Part shown: positions 1 through 9,333 of the stretch, one piece after another
Layout of the letters: the number at the start of each line of letters is the position of its first letter
Position numbering within the stretch: the first letter of the stretch is position 1
Source: Syntrophaceae bacterium
GTDB taxonomy: Bacteria; Desulfobacterota; Desulfomonilia; UBA1062
Length of the DNA: 64,000 bases
Direction of reading: 5' to 3'
NCBI GenBank assembly: GCA_039680665.1
Contig: JBDKSM010000122.1
Span: 6,832 to 70,831 of the forward strand
The notes under the pieces: model-generated
Database searches by the model: none
Told to the model about the DNA's origin: nothing
What the model saw: only the letters and a program-made list of their open reading frames with translations
Made by a program: the position numbers and the translations under genes

Positions 1-897
1 TTCAAGGAGCAGAAGCTCATCGTGGTGGGCGATAAGGGCATGGCCGTATTCAACGATACGGCCGCCAAGGGCGATAAACTGCAGCTCTACCCCCACCATA
101 TCACCTGGCAGGACGGCATGCCGGTGCCGGACAAGCAGGAGGCCCGGAGCATCGCGGTCGATGACAAGGAACCGCTCAAGGCCGAGTGCGGGCATTTCCT
201 GGACTGCATCGCTTCGCGCAAGCGACCCATCACGGATGCCGCCGAGGGCATCGAGGTCCTGAAGATCCTGAAGGCCGGCCAGGATTCTCTCCTGAACAAC
301 GGCCGAAAGATCCAGATCCGGGAGGGGGAAGGCGAGGCGCCTTTTTCCGTACATGAATCCAGCTTCGTCGATGACGGGGTTCAGATCGGCTCCGGAACCA
401 AGATCTGGCATTTCAGCCATATCATCAAAGGCTCCCTGATCGGCAAGAGCTGCAGCATCGGCCAGAACGTGGTGATCGGCCCGGACGTCACGGTCGGCGA
501 CGGATGCAAGATCCAGAACAATGTCTCCCTGTACAAGGGCGTCACCCTTGAAGACTATGTGTTCTGCGGACCTTCCATGGTCTTCACCAACGTCTTCAAC
601 CCGCGCGCCCATATCCCGCGCATGGACGAGCTCAGACCGACCTTGGTGAAAAAAGGCGCCACCATCGGGGCCAACGCCACCATCGTGTGCGGGTATACGA
701 TCGGATCATATGCCTTTGTCGGCGCCGGCGCCGTGGTTACGCGCGGGGCCCCGGACCATGCCCTCATGGTAGGCAACCCAGCCCGTCAGATCGGCTGGAT
801 GTGCGAGTGCGGCAACCGTTTGGATGACGCGTTGACCTGTTCCCATTGCGGCAAAACCTTCAAGCGGACCGCCCAAGGGTTGCGCCCCAAAACCTGA
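1..897 (+). CDS. Partial CDS, 5' end outside the window. C-terminal Gfo/Idh/MocA oxidoreductase domain fused in frame to a left-handed-beta-helix (hexapeptide) sugar N-acetyltransferase (WbpD/PglD-like), ending in a CxxC...CxxC zinc ribbon.
   Basis: Frame 1 is open from base 1. Residues 1-100 resemble the C-terminal domain of WbpB-type UDP-sugar dehydrogenases. Residues 110-260 carry hexapeptide repeats ([49 protein letters not shown]). The tail has CECG...CSHCG. Confidence 0.6.
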   Translation, partial: FKEQKLIVVGDKGMAVFNDTAAKGDKLQLYPHHITWQDGMPVPDKQEARSIAVDDKEPLKAECGHFLDCIASRKRPITDAAEGIEVLKILKAGQDSLLNNGRKIQIREGEGEAPFSVHESSFVDDGVQIGSGTKIWHFSHIIKGSLIGKSCSIGQNVVIGPDVTVGDGCKIQNNVSLYKGVTLEDYVFCGPSMVFTNVFNPRAHIPRMDELRPTLVKKGATIGANATIVCGYTIGSYAFVGAGAVVTRGAPDHALMVGNPARQIGWMCECGNRLDDALTCSHCGKTFKRTAQGLRPKT

Positions 898-1014
898 AGC
901 TTTAAGCGGCATACACGCGAAGGGCATTGACTATTAGAGTGGAACTCAATATCATGACGGCGTGGTTTGCATCTGGGCGTTTTCATAAGACACTAGGCCT
1001 GAAAGGAGGGCTCC

Positions 1015-2964
1015 ATGCGTTGGCTTAAGAGGAAAAATCTCTTAGTCATCATTCCACTGGATGTCATCCTCATCTTCTTAAGCTATGGTTCGGCGTATTG
1101 GCTGCGTTACGAAGGGCACATCAACGCGTCAACCCACCGGCTCTTCGTCGAATCACTCGTCCCCCTGGTGGTCTGCAAGCTGTTCTGTTTCTATCTGTTC
1201 GATCTCTACCGGGGGATGTGGCGTTATACGAGCATCCGGGATCTGGTCAATGTCATCAAGGCCTCTTTTTCCGGATCGCTGCTCTTTATCGGCTATCTTT
1301 CCGTACGCTACCATTTCAAGGGATTTTCGCGCGCCGTCCTGATCGCCGACGCCGTCTTCACGGTCATGGCCATCGGCAGTATCAGGCTGTGTATACGGAT
1401 GTTCTACCAGCGCGGCCAGGGTCTCATGGGTGACCTGCCGTTTTTGAACAGGAACCGCCATGATGCCCACAAGGTGCTGATCATCGGCACCGGGCCTCTG
1501 GCCGAGAGGCTCCTGCGCGAGTTGTACGGCATAAGCAAGCAGCCCTATCAGGTGCTGGGCTTCATCGATGAGAAGTCCCTGCATAAGGGGATGAAGATCC
1601 ACGGTGTGCCGGTGGTGGGGAATCTGGAGGATATCCCGTATCTGGTGCGCTCCCATCAGGTCGATGATATCTTCATCGCCGACCCCGGACTCAAAGCGCA
1701 CCTGATCAAAGGCCTGATCGAGGAAAATGCCGGCAAAGGAGTGCGTTTCAAGGTGATCCCGTCGATCATGGAGCGGATTCAGGGCAGTGTCGCCCAGCAC
1801 CTGCGCGACATCAGGATCGAGGATCTGCTGGAACGGGCCCCGGTCAAGATCGATATGCAGATGGTGCAGGAAGAGATCGCCGGCAAGACCATCCTGATCA
1901 CCGGCGCCGGCGGATCGATCGGTTCCGAGCTGGCCAGGCAGATCATGATCTTTCAACCGGATTGCCTGATCCTGGTCGATAACGCCGAAACACCGCTGTA
2001 TCAGGTCGAGCTCGAATTGAACCGGAACGCGCACGGCACCAAGGTGGTCCCCTGCATCGGCGATGTGCGTCTGGTAAAGGGTCTGGAGCGCATCTTCCGG
2101 CAGTATCGGCCCCATGTCGTGTATCACGCCGCGGCCTACAAGCATGTCCCCATGATGGAAGCCCATCCCCTGGATGCCGTCCATACCAATATCATCGGGA
2201 CCTTCAACCTGGCCGGTGTCGCCTGTAAATACCACGTGGAGAAGTTCATCATGATCTCCACCGACAAGGCCGTGCGTCCGACATCCGTCATGGGAACCTC
2301 CAAGCGCGTGGCCGAGATGGTGGCGCAGACCATGGGCGGAAACGGCACGCGCTTCGCGGTGGTGAGGTTCGGCAACGTCCTGGGCAGCAACGGCAGCGTG
2401 GTGCCCTTGTTCGAACATCAGATCGCCTCCGGCGGGCCGGTGACGGTGACGCATTCCGAGGTCACCCGCTATTTCATGACCATACCCGAGGCCGTCATGC
2501 TGGTGTTGCAGGCGGGCGCCATCGGCAAGGGCGGCGAGGTCTTTCTGCTCGACATGGGCGAACCGGTCAAGATCGTTGATCTGGCCCGCAACATGATCCG
2601 TCTGGCGGGACTGGTTCCGGACAAGGATATCAAGATCGAGTACATCGGCCTGAGGCCGGGCGAGAAGCTCTACGAGGAGCTGCTTATCGCCGGCGAAGAC
2701 GTCATCGATACCGCTTATGAAAAGATCAAGATCTGCAAACATGCCATAAACATCGATGAGGGCATGCTTTATGACGGGATCGAGAAACTCAATCTGGTCG
2801 TGAGGGACTCCGGAGACTGCGCCGTGGCGGTCAGACTGCTCGAAAGACTCGTGCCGGCCTATACCAGGCAAGGTGGGGATATTTCCGGACGTCCTGCATC
2901 CATAACGCACGATGGATCGGGAGCAGACCACGCGAAAGAGCACAGGAAGGACATCGAGGTCTGA
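1015..2964 (+). CDS. pglF: Membrane-anchored UDP-N-acetylglucosamine 4,6-dehydratase / polysaccharide biosynthesis protein (CapD/WbpM/PglF family).
   Basis: 649 aa with N-terminal TM helices, a Rossmann motif LITGAGGSIGSEL, an YHAAAYKHVP active-site motif and a CapD-like C-terminus. RBS GGAGGG upstream. Confidence 0.85.
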   Translation: MRWLKRKNLLVIIPLDVILIFLSYGSAYWLRYEGHINASTHRLFVESLVPLVVCKLFCFYLFDLYRGMWRYTSIRDLVNVIKASFSGSLLFIGYLSVRYHFKGFSRAVLIADAVFTVMAIGSIRLCIRMFYQRGQGLMGDLPFLNRNRHDAHKVLIIGTGPLAERLLRELYGISKQPYQVLGFIDEKSLHKGMKIHGVPVVGNLEDIPYLVRSHQVDDIFIADPGLKAHLIKGLIEENAGKGVRFKVIPSIMERIQGSVAQHLRDIRIEDLLERAPVKIDMQMVQEEIAGKTILITGAGGSIGSELARQIMIFQPDCLILVDNAETPLYQVELELNRNAHGTKVVPCIGDVRLVKGLERIFRQYRPHVVYHAAAYKHVPMMEAHPLDAVHTNIIGTFNLAGVACKYHVEKFIMISTDKAVRPTSVMGTSKRVAEMVAQTMGGNGTRFAVVRFGNVLGSNGSVVPLFEHQIASGGPVTVTHSEVTRYFMTIPEAVMLVLQAGAIGKGGEVFLLDMGEPVKIVDLARNMIRLAGLVPDKDIKIEYIGLRPGEKLYEELLIAGEDVIDTAYEKIKICKHAINIDEGMLYDGIEKLNLVVRDSGDCAVAVRLLERLVPAYTRQGGDISGRPASITHDGSGADHAKEHRKDIEV

Positions 2965-3111
2965 AAAGGCCGCAGGAGGTCCACCGGTCCACCGGTATCA
3001 TGGGAGGTCGGACGTAAAAGGATTTCTCTTGCAATGGCAGGAGAAATCCTTTTCACTGTTCAGGACAAGCATCAGGATGCGTACGATGTGAGGTCGGGAG
3101 GAAGAAGAAAC

Positions 3112-3657
3112 ATGCCGTTTCGATTCAACCGTCTGGAAATACCGGATGTAATACTGATTGAACCCGTGATCTTCCCCGACGGCCGGGGCTTTTTCATGGA
3201 GACCTATAAACACTCCGATTTTTATGCCTTCGGCATCCGGGAGAATTTTGATCAGGATAACCATTCCTCATCCGCGCAAGGGGTTCTCAGGGGTCTGCAT
3301 TATCAGAAGGCCCCCATGGCCCAAGGCAAATTGATCCGTTGCATCCAGGGCGCGATCTTTGATGTCGCCGTGGATATCCGGCAAGATTCTCCAACGTTCG
3401 GCCGCTGGATCAGCGTGGAACTGAGCGCCGGAAACCGGCAAATGCTCTATGTGCCTCCCGGTTTCGCCCACGGTTTCATGGTCATAAGCGATATGGCCGA
3501 GATCCAGTACAAGTGCACGCGGGAATACTCCCCCCAGGACGAGGGGGGCATCATCTGGAACGATCCGGATATTGGGATCGCCTGGCCGCTGAAAGACCCG
3601 ATGCTCTCGGCCAAGGATAAGCTGTATCCGGGATTGAAGGAAGTACGCCTGGATTGA
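3112..3657 (+). CDS. rfbC: dTDP-4-dehydrorhamnose 3,5-epimerase.
   Basis: Motifs RGLHYQ, GxxRGLH and cupin-fold residues. The ORF track starts at 3034, but the ATG at 3112 has a GGAGG RBS 9 nt upstream and matches typical RfbC N-termini. Confidence 0.85.
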   Translation: MPFRFNRLEIPDVILIEPVIFPDGRGFFMETYKHSDFYAFGIRENFDQDNHSSSAQGVLRGLHYQKAPMAQGKLIRCIQGAIFDVAVDIRQDSPTFGRWISVELSAGNRQMLYVPPGFAHGFMVISDMAEIQYKCTREYSPQDEGGIIWNDPDIGIAWPLKDPMLSAKDKLYPGLKEVRLD

Positions 3658-3686
3658 TCTAGAATACGGATTTTAAAGGTGCGCAT

Positions 3687-4571
3687 ATGATTAAAAAAGG
3701 GATTATTCTGGCGGGCGGGTCCGGGACGCGATTGTATCCCATCACCAAGGCCGTAAGCAAACAACTGCTCCCCATCTATGACAAACCCATGATCTATTAC
3801 CCCTTGAGCGTACTGATGCTCGCGGGGGTGCGGGATATCCTCATCATCAACACCCCGCATGAGCAGCATCTTTTCCAGGGCCTCCTGGGTGATGGCAGCC
3901 AGTGGGGCATCAACTTGTCTTATGCCGTGCAGCCAAAGCCGGAGGGGATCGCTCAAGCGTTTCTCATCGGCAAACCGTTTATCGGCGCTGACGGGTGCGC
4001 GCTCATTCTCGGCGACAACATCTTCCACGGCCATGACCTGGTGCCGGGCTTGAAGACCTCCTCACGACAGGAGGCGGGGGCAACGGTCTTCGCCTACCGG
4101 GTCAAGGACCCCGAACGCTACGGAGTGGTGGAGTTCGACGCCCAGGGGAGGGCCTTATCGATCGAGGAGAAACCGGCCGAGCCCAGATCCCATTACGCCG
4201 TCACCGGCCTGTATTTCTATGATAACAGCGTGGTCGAGATCACGGAAAACCTCAAGCCCTCGGCGCGCGGCGAACTGGAAATCACGGACGTGAACCGCGT
4301 GTATCTAGAGCGCGGACGGCTCAAGGTGGTGACGCTGGGGCGAGGGTTTGCCTGGCTGGATACCGGGACCTATGAGTCGCTGCTCCAGGCCTCCGAGTTC
4401 ATCGGCACCATACAGGAACGTCAGGGCCTAATGGTGGCTTGCCCGGAAGAGATCGCCTTTTCCAACGGCTGGATCGACGCCGAACAGGTCGCCCGGCTCG
4501 CCAAACCGTTGGAGAAGAACAGCTATGGGCGGTATCTGCTGAGCATGATCGCCGCGCCCGCCGCAAAATGA
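3687..4571 (+). CDS. rfbA: Glucose-1-phosphate thymidylyltransferase.
   Basis: N-terminus [20 protein letters not shown], with full-length similarity to RmlA. Confidence 0.9.
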   Translation: MIKKGIILAGGSGTRLYPITKAVSKQLLPIYDKPMIYYPLSVLMLAGVRDILIINTPHEQHLFQGLLGDGSQWGINLSYAVQPKPEGIAQAFLIGKPFIGADGCALILGDNIFHGHDLVPGLKTSSRQEAGATVFAYRVKDPERYGVVEFDAQGRALSIEEKPAEPRSHYAVTGLYFYDNSVVEITENLKPSARGELEITDVNRVYLERGRLKVVTLGRGFAWLDTGTYESLLQASEFIGTIQERQGLMVACPEEIAFSNGWIDAEQVARLAKPLEKNSYGRYLLSMIAAPAAK

Positions 4572-4599
4572 GCCGCATGCATTAAACACGGTAGTCCAG

Positions 4600-5889
4600 A
4601 TGGTGTACGGGGAGATCCTGATGGTGGGCATCATCCTGCTGACGGTCGTCATCATACCCGTCACGGTGTCTGCCGCATGGCGGTTGACGGCGGTCGTCTG
4701 GCTGGCGACCTTCCAGATATATCTGTATCCCGTGCATGACTTTTATCCCTCGCTGGCCTTTCTCTGCTCGATCGGACTCTGGCCTGAGCTCGTCAAACAC
4801 GGCCGGGAACTCCTGCGCTGGAGGGTCACCCAATGCTATTTCCTGCTGATGGCCGTCCAGGTCGTCAGTCTGGCCTGGTCGCCGGATATCGGCCAGGGTG
4901 TGCGTCTGATCATCTTGATGATCCCCTTCGTATTCATCCTGGCCGCCACGATCGAGGTGATCGGACGCCGGGAAGACTTGGTGCGGAGGCTTGCGTACGG
5001 CGTCCTGGCCGGCGCCGCCGTGGAGGCGGCCCTGGTGATCGCCTTCCATCTTCAGCCCGTTTGGGAAAAATGGTTCATTTCATCATCCATCGCGCCCCTA
5101 TTCATCAATCCCAACGCCCTGACGCCCGGTCACATGGATGTCAAACGCTGGAGCGCCTTTCTACTCAATTCCAATACCGCCGCAGGGTATTTGGGCATCT
5201 GCTCGCTGTTGGCCTACGCCGTCGCGTGGCGCTACCGAAGGTGGTGGCCGGCCCTGATCGGCGCTTTCCTGGCTGTTGGAATTTTTTTCACAGGGTCAAA
5301 AGGCGGCATGCTCCTGCTCGTCTTACTCTATATGACCGGTTGCTGTATGCTTGCCTGGCCAAAACTGAACCGGTGGACAAAGTACATCCTGCTCTTGGTC
5401 ATCGCTGTCTTCGGCGTGCTCCTGGTTTTGAACCTCGATATAATCGCACAGGCCATCGGAAGGTCGTGGGCGGTGCGCGAGAAGATCTGGAGCTTCGGCC
5501 GGTTGAGCTTTTTCGCACACCCCGTGCGAGGGCTTGGTTTCGGCGGATGGGAGGTTGCGATCGCGGAGTACGCAAACCAGGTGGGGTTAAAGAAAGCCTA
5601 TGCGCCGCACAATACCATTATCGGCCTCTGGTCGCAGAGCGGTCTGGCGGCCGCCATCCTCGGCATACTCTTCATCGTGGGGGTACTATCCTTCGCCTGG
5701 CGTTCGAGAACCACGCCCAAGTGGCGCGAATTCATGGTTTGCGCGACCCTGGCCCTGGCCTGGTATTTTATCCACCAGCAGGTCGACAACTGGGGACTGG
5801 TGAACGAGCGGCATATCATGCCGATCGTGGCCATGCTGATCGGGATCATATACGTGGTTGCACGCCCCTTGGCCTCAAGGATACCATGA
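4600..5889 (+). CDS. O-antigen ligase/polymerase-family membrane protein (Wzy_C-like).
   Basis: Multi-TM protein with a periplasmic loop after the FTGSKGG motif, typical of WaaL/Wzy_C-family proteins. Start uncertain (4600 or 4621). Confidence 0.6.
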   Translation: MVYGEILMVGIILLTVVIIPVTVSAAWRLTAVVWLATFQIYLYPVHDFYPSLAFLCSIGLWPELVKHGRELLRWRVTQCYFLLMAVQVVSLAWSPDIGQGVRLIILMIPFVFILAATIEVIGRREDLVRRLAYGVLAGAAVEAALVIAFHLQPVWEKWFISSSIAPLFINPNALTPGHMDVKRWSAFLLNSNTAAGYLGICSLLAYAVAWRYRRWWPALIGAFLAVGIFFTGSKGGMLLLVLLYMTGCCMLAWPKLNRWTKYILLLVIAVFGVLLVLNLDIIAQAIGRSWAVREKIWSFGRLSFFAHPVRGLGFGGWEVAIAEYANQVGLKKAYAPHNTIIGLWSQSGLAAAILGILFIVGVLSFAWRSRTTPKWREFMVCATLALAWYFIHQQVDNWGLVNERHIMPIVAMLIGIIYVVARPLASRIP

Positions 5890-7013
5890 TGCCCCATATC
5901 GTCATCTATCGCCATCAGTTGTTCCAGCCGTCCGAGGTGTTCATTACCCGGCAGTCCGGCGCGCTGAAGTCCTTCACCCCCGTGTATTGCGGCCGCACCA
6001 GCCACGGTGCGCCGCCCGAGAGCCGGGAGGTCCTGACGCTTCCCAAGTCTCAGCCCTGGGTATACCTTACGCAGGCGCTCTTCCGCAATCAGAAGACCCT
6101 GGTCGATCGGCTGCGGCCTTTCAACCCGGTCCTGATTCATGCCCAATTCGGGGTGGAAGGCGTCTATGCCCTGCCCATGGCTCAAGCCCTGAAAATACCG
6201 CTCGTCACCACCTTCCGGGGGTTCGACGCCACCTACACGACCGCCGCGCTCTTGACGGCCGGCAAGGTCTCCTGGATCAATTACGCCCTGCATAGGTCGG
6301 AATTGGCCCGGAGCGGGGACCTGTTTCTGTGCGTCTCGGATTTCCTGCGCGATCAGGTCCTTAAACGGGGGTTCCCCGCAGACAGGACCGTCACGCACTA
6401 TACCGGCATTGATGTTGAGGCCATCGAACCGCATTATGAGCGTGACTCATCGGCCATCCTGCATGTCGCCAGGCTGGTCGAAAAGAAGGGTACCCGCTAT
6501 CTGCTGCAGGCCTTTGTCCGGGTGAGGCAGGCCGTGCCCGCCGCGGAGCTGGTGATCATCGGCGACGGACCGCTGCGCCGTGAACTTGAGTCCTTGGCCG
6601 AGCGTCTGGGGATCGCGGGGCGGGTCAAGTTCTTGGGGACGCAACCTAATCCGGTCGTCATGCAGTGGATGCACGAGGCCCGTATCTTCTGCCTGCCCAG
6701 CGTGACGGCGCATTCCGGTGACGCCGAAGGGCTGCCCACATCGCATCAGGAGGCCGGCGCGGCGGGACTTCCCATCGTCGCCACCCGGCACAGCGGGAAC
6801 CCGGAGCTGATCCGCGACGGCGTGAACGGATATCTCGTGCCGGAGAAAGACACGCAAGCCCTGGCCGGGCGGCTGATCGAGCTCCTGAAAGATCCCGAAC
6901 GCTGCCGCTCCATGGGCTTAGCCGGTCGCCGGGAGATCGAAGCGCGCTTCAATATCAGAAAGCAGAACCGGCGCTTGGAAGAATTGTATCTGGGATTGTT
7001 AAATCGATCGTAA
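5886..7013 (+). CDS. Glycosyltransferase family 1 (GT4-type).
   Basis: C-terminal GT1 signature (EGLPTSHQEAGAAGLPIVATRHSGNPELI). The ORF track extends the frame to 4833, but the ATG at 5886 (MMPHIV) overlaps the upstream stop as ATGA, so the 5' extension is an artifact. Confidence 0.75.
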   Translation: MMPHIVIYRHQLFQPSEVFITRQSGALKSFTPVYCGRTSHGAPPESREVLTLPKSQPWVYLTQALFRNQKTLVDRLRPFNPVLIHAQFGVEGVYALPMAQALKIPLVTTFRGFDATYTTAALLTAGKVSWINYALHRSELARSGDLFLCVSDFLRDQVLKRGFPADRTVTHYTGIDVEAIEPHYERDSSAILHVARLVEKKGTRYLLQAFVRVRQAVPAAELVIIGDGPLRRELESLAERLGIAGRVKFLGTQPNPVVMQWMHEARIFCLPSVTAHSGDAEGLPTSHQEAGAAGLPIVATRHSGNPELIRDGVNGYLVPEKDTQALAGRLIELLKDPERCRSMGLAGRREIEARFNIRKQNRRLEELYLGLLNRS

Positions 7014-7057
7014 TACGCTACGGGTCACGGAGAGGATAAGGAAAGGTGATCTGAAGA

Positions 7058-8584
7058 ATGATGAACAATGCCCCCCGAAACAAGACCTCCCCGCCCGTGC
7101 TTGCAATCGCCCACAGGCTGTTTGCCGAGCTCGAAGAGCGCCGGGTGCGCTATTGCCATTGGAAGAGCAACCAGCATCTGGACGCCGCCTTGGCGGGACG
7201 CACCGATATCGATATCCTGGTCGCGCGCGAAGACGCCGCCCTGTTCGTGAGCATCATCACCTCGCTGGGCTTCAAAAGGTTCCTCTCGCCGTCCTGGAAG
7301 ACCTATGCGGAGATCGAAGACTACCTGGGCTTTGATGAGAAGAGCGGCGCGCTGTTCCATCTGCACGTCCACTATGCGCTCATGGTCGGCCGGCAGTATG
7401 TCAAGGCCCATCATATTCCCTGGGAAAAGCTTATTCTGGACACGGCCGTCTATTATGAGGGCGCCCAAGTGAAGATCATCGACCCGCACCTCGAATTGCT
7501 CCTGCTCTGGATCAGATCGGCCGTCAAGCTCAGGCTCAAGGATCTGCTCAAGGCCCTGAAAAACGGCCCTGCGATCGACAAAGCCGTGCGGCTCGAGTTC
7601 CGGTATCTCGAAGATCGGGTCACGCCCGATCGTATGCGCTCCCACATGGTGGATCTGCTCGGCCCCAAAGGCGCCCAGCGCCTCTGGCCGATCATGGCCC
7701 GCAAGAACGGCGCGGACTTGCCGGGCCTCATACGATACCGGCTGGGCTTAAGAGGTGTTGCCGATCAGTGGCGCATCTACAGCGCGCCCGGCGAGGTCGC
7801 GCGCGCGTACGGGAAATTTTTGCAAAAGACGGCCTGCCGCCTGGCGGCGTCCGTTCTGGGTCTGCCCATCGGCATGTCCAAACGCGCTTCTCACGGCGGG
7901 GCGCTGGTGGCGTTTATCGGTCCGGACGGGTCGGGGAAATCGACCGTGGCTACACACCTCGAGGACTGGCTTTCCTGGAAGATCGATACGCACCGGCTCT
8001 ATTTCGGCAGCGGTGACGGTTCGGTCAACCTGATCTTCAGGATGCGCAAGCGCCTGAAACAGCTCCTGGTGTCGATCGGGGTGCTCAAGGACAGGCCGCA
8101 TAAAGAGGGTGAAGCCAAGCCGCGCAGGACCTCATGGCTGAAGGACCTGTTCGACGGCGTTACCCTGCTGTCGCTGGCCAGGGACAAGCTTGCCAATCTC
8201 AAGAAAGCGCGCAGGCTGACGGCTTTAGGCTCCGTGGTTATCGCCGATCGCTATCCCCAGAACGAGGTGCGCCACATCAATGACGGCCCCAAGATCGGTC
8301 TTGGCGATCAGGACTCCTGGATCAGACAGTATTTCTCCCGCAAAGAGCTGGCGCTCTACCGCACCATGGCCCGCCTGCCGGCCGATCTGATCGTGAAGCT
8401 GATGGTTTCGGTCGAGGTGGCCCTGGCGCGCAAGCCTGACCATCAACGGGGCGAGATCGAAAGGAAGGTGGGCATCGTAAGAGACCTGCGCTTCGAAGGG
8501 TCCAGGATCGTCGCCGTCGATGCCGATCAGCCTCTGGAGCAGGTGCTGCTGGAGGCCAAGCGCGCGGTATGGGAAGCCCTTTGA
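7058..8584 (+). CDS. Two-domain protein: N-terminal polymerase-beta-like nucleotidyltransferase-type domain and C-terminal P-loop kinase domain of thymidylate-kinase type (Walker A GPDGSGKST, DRY motif).
   Basis: KSNQHLDAALAGRTDIDILV resembles the NTase hG[GS]x9-13DxD signature. The C-terminal half has FIGPDGSGKSTVA and ADRYPQNE, as in the dTMP kinase family. Function within the cluster is unknown. Confidence 0.5.
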   Translation: MMNNAPRNKTSPPVLAIAHRLFAELEERRVRYCHWKSNQHLDAALAGRTDIDILVAREDAALFVSIITSLGFKRFLSPSWKTYAEIEDYLGFDEKSGALFHLHVHYALMVGRQYVKAHHIPWEKLILDTAVYYEGAQVKIIDPHLELLLLWIRSAVKLRLKDLLKALKNGPAIDKAVRLEFRYLEDRVTPDRMRSHMVDLLGPKGAQRLWPIMARKNGADLPGLIRYRLGLRGVADQWRIYSAPGEVARAYGKFLQKTACRLAASVLGLPIGMSKRASHGGALVAFIGPDGSGKSTVATHLEDWLSWKIDTHRLYFGSGDGSVNLIFRMRKRLKQLLVSIGVLKDRPHKEGEAKPRRTSWLKDLFDGVTLLSLARDKLANLKKARRLTALGSVVIADRYPQNEVRHINDGPKIGLGDQDSWIRQYFSRKELALYRTMARLPADLIVKLMVSVEVALARKPDHQRGEIERKVGIVRDLRFEGSRIVAVDADQPLEQVLLEAKRAVWEAL

Positions 8585-9321
8585 AGCCGGATAGGCCATG
8601 CATCGTCGAGTTCGTCGGTCTGCCGGGGTCGGGCAAGACAACCATTGTCACAAGGCTTTGTGAAAGTGGAGGCATGCCGGGCTTTCTTGACGGACAGGCT
8701 TACGGCGCTCGGTTAGCCTGCCGCGGCGAAGGGCGGGGGCCGCGCCTGAGAAGGCCTCTGCTTGCGCTGATCAAGGCCGTGCTCGCCATGGGCTGGATCG
8801 GCATGCATCCCAAGGCCTTTTACGCCCTTCTCAGGCACACCATAGCCTTGAATCGCCAGCCCCTGGCGCTTGCCTGGAAGCGTTTGAAGCAGTTCTTCTC
8901 CTGCCTTGCGCATCTGACATGGATCAATATCTACCGATGTTTCGCGGCCATGCCGGCGGAATACCTCCTGCTCGATCAGGGCCTGCTGCAGGCGATCGTC
9001 AGTCTGGATCTGGGAAACAGCAGCTTCCCGTCCGCGGTGCTCACGGCGATACCCCTTCCGGATGTCGTTATCTATCTGGATGTCGGCGCCGGCGTGGCTT
9101 CCCAGAGGCTTTTCTCAAGGACCGGCGGCACCAGCCGGCTGGATCGCATGCACGCAAGCGATGCCTCCCGGTTGATGGGCGATCTGGAGAAGTCCTTCAC
9201 GCTGTTTATCGATGCCCTGCAAAGGCTCACCCCGGTCAGGGTCATCAGGATATCCAGCCGCCGGGAGGATACCCCCGAGCATGTCGCGCGCGCCATTGCA
9301 AAGGAGTTGGCATGTCTATGA
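8569..9321 (+). CDS. Hypothetical P-loop NTPase/kinase-like protein.
   Basis: N-terminal Walker A FVGLPGSGKTTIV, with later hhhhD motifs (LLLDQG, VVIYLDV). Overlaps the upstream gene by 16 nt. No precise family assignment is possible from sequence alone. Confidence 0.45.
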   Translation: MGSPLKPDRPCIVEFVGLPGSGKTTIVTRLCESGGMPGFLDGQAYGARLACRGEGRGPRLRRPLLALIKAVLAMGWIGMHPKAFYALLRHTIALNRQPLALAWKRLKQFFSCLAHLTWINIYRCFAAMPAEYLLLDQGLLQAIVSLDLGNSSFPSAVLTAIPLPDVVIYLDVGAGVASQRLFSRTGGTSRLDRMHASDASRLMGDLEKSFTLFIDALQRLTPVRVIRISSRREDTPEHVARAIAKELACL

Positions 9322-9333
9322 GGCGTTGCCACT

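Noticed and set aside
1153-2943. 596-aa ORF on the minus strand, antisense to the pglF-like gene.
   Set aside because: Long antisense open frames are expected at this GC content. It has no motifs and no RBS, and it fully overlaps a well-supported gene.
4833-5885. N-terminal 351 codons of the 726-aa ORF that overlaps the O-antigen ligase gene in another frame.
   Set aside because: Low-complexity Arg/Pro/Gly-rich translation typical of an off-frame high-GC reading. The real GT1 gene starts at the ATGATG at 5886, overlapping the ligase stop.
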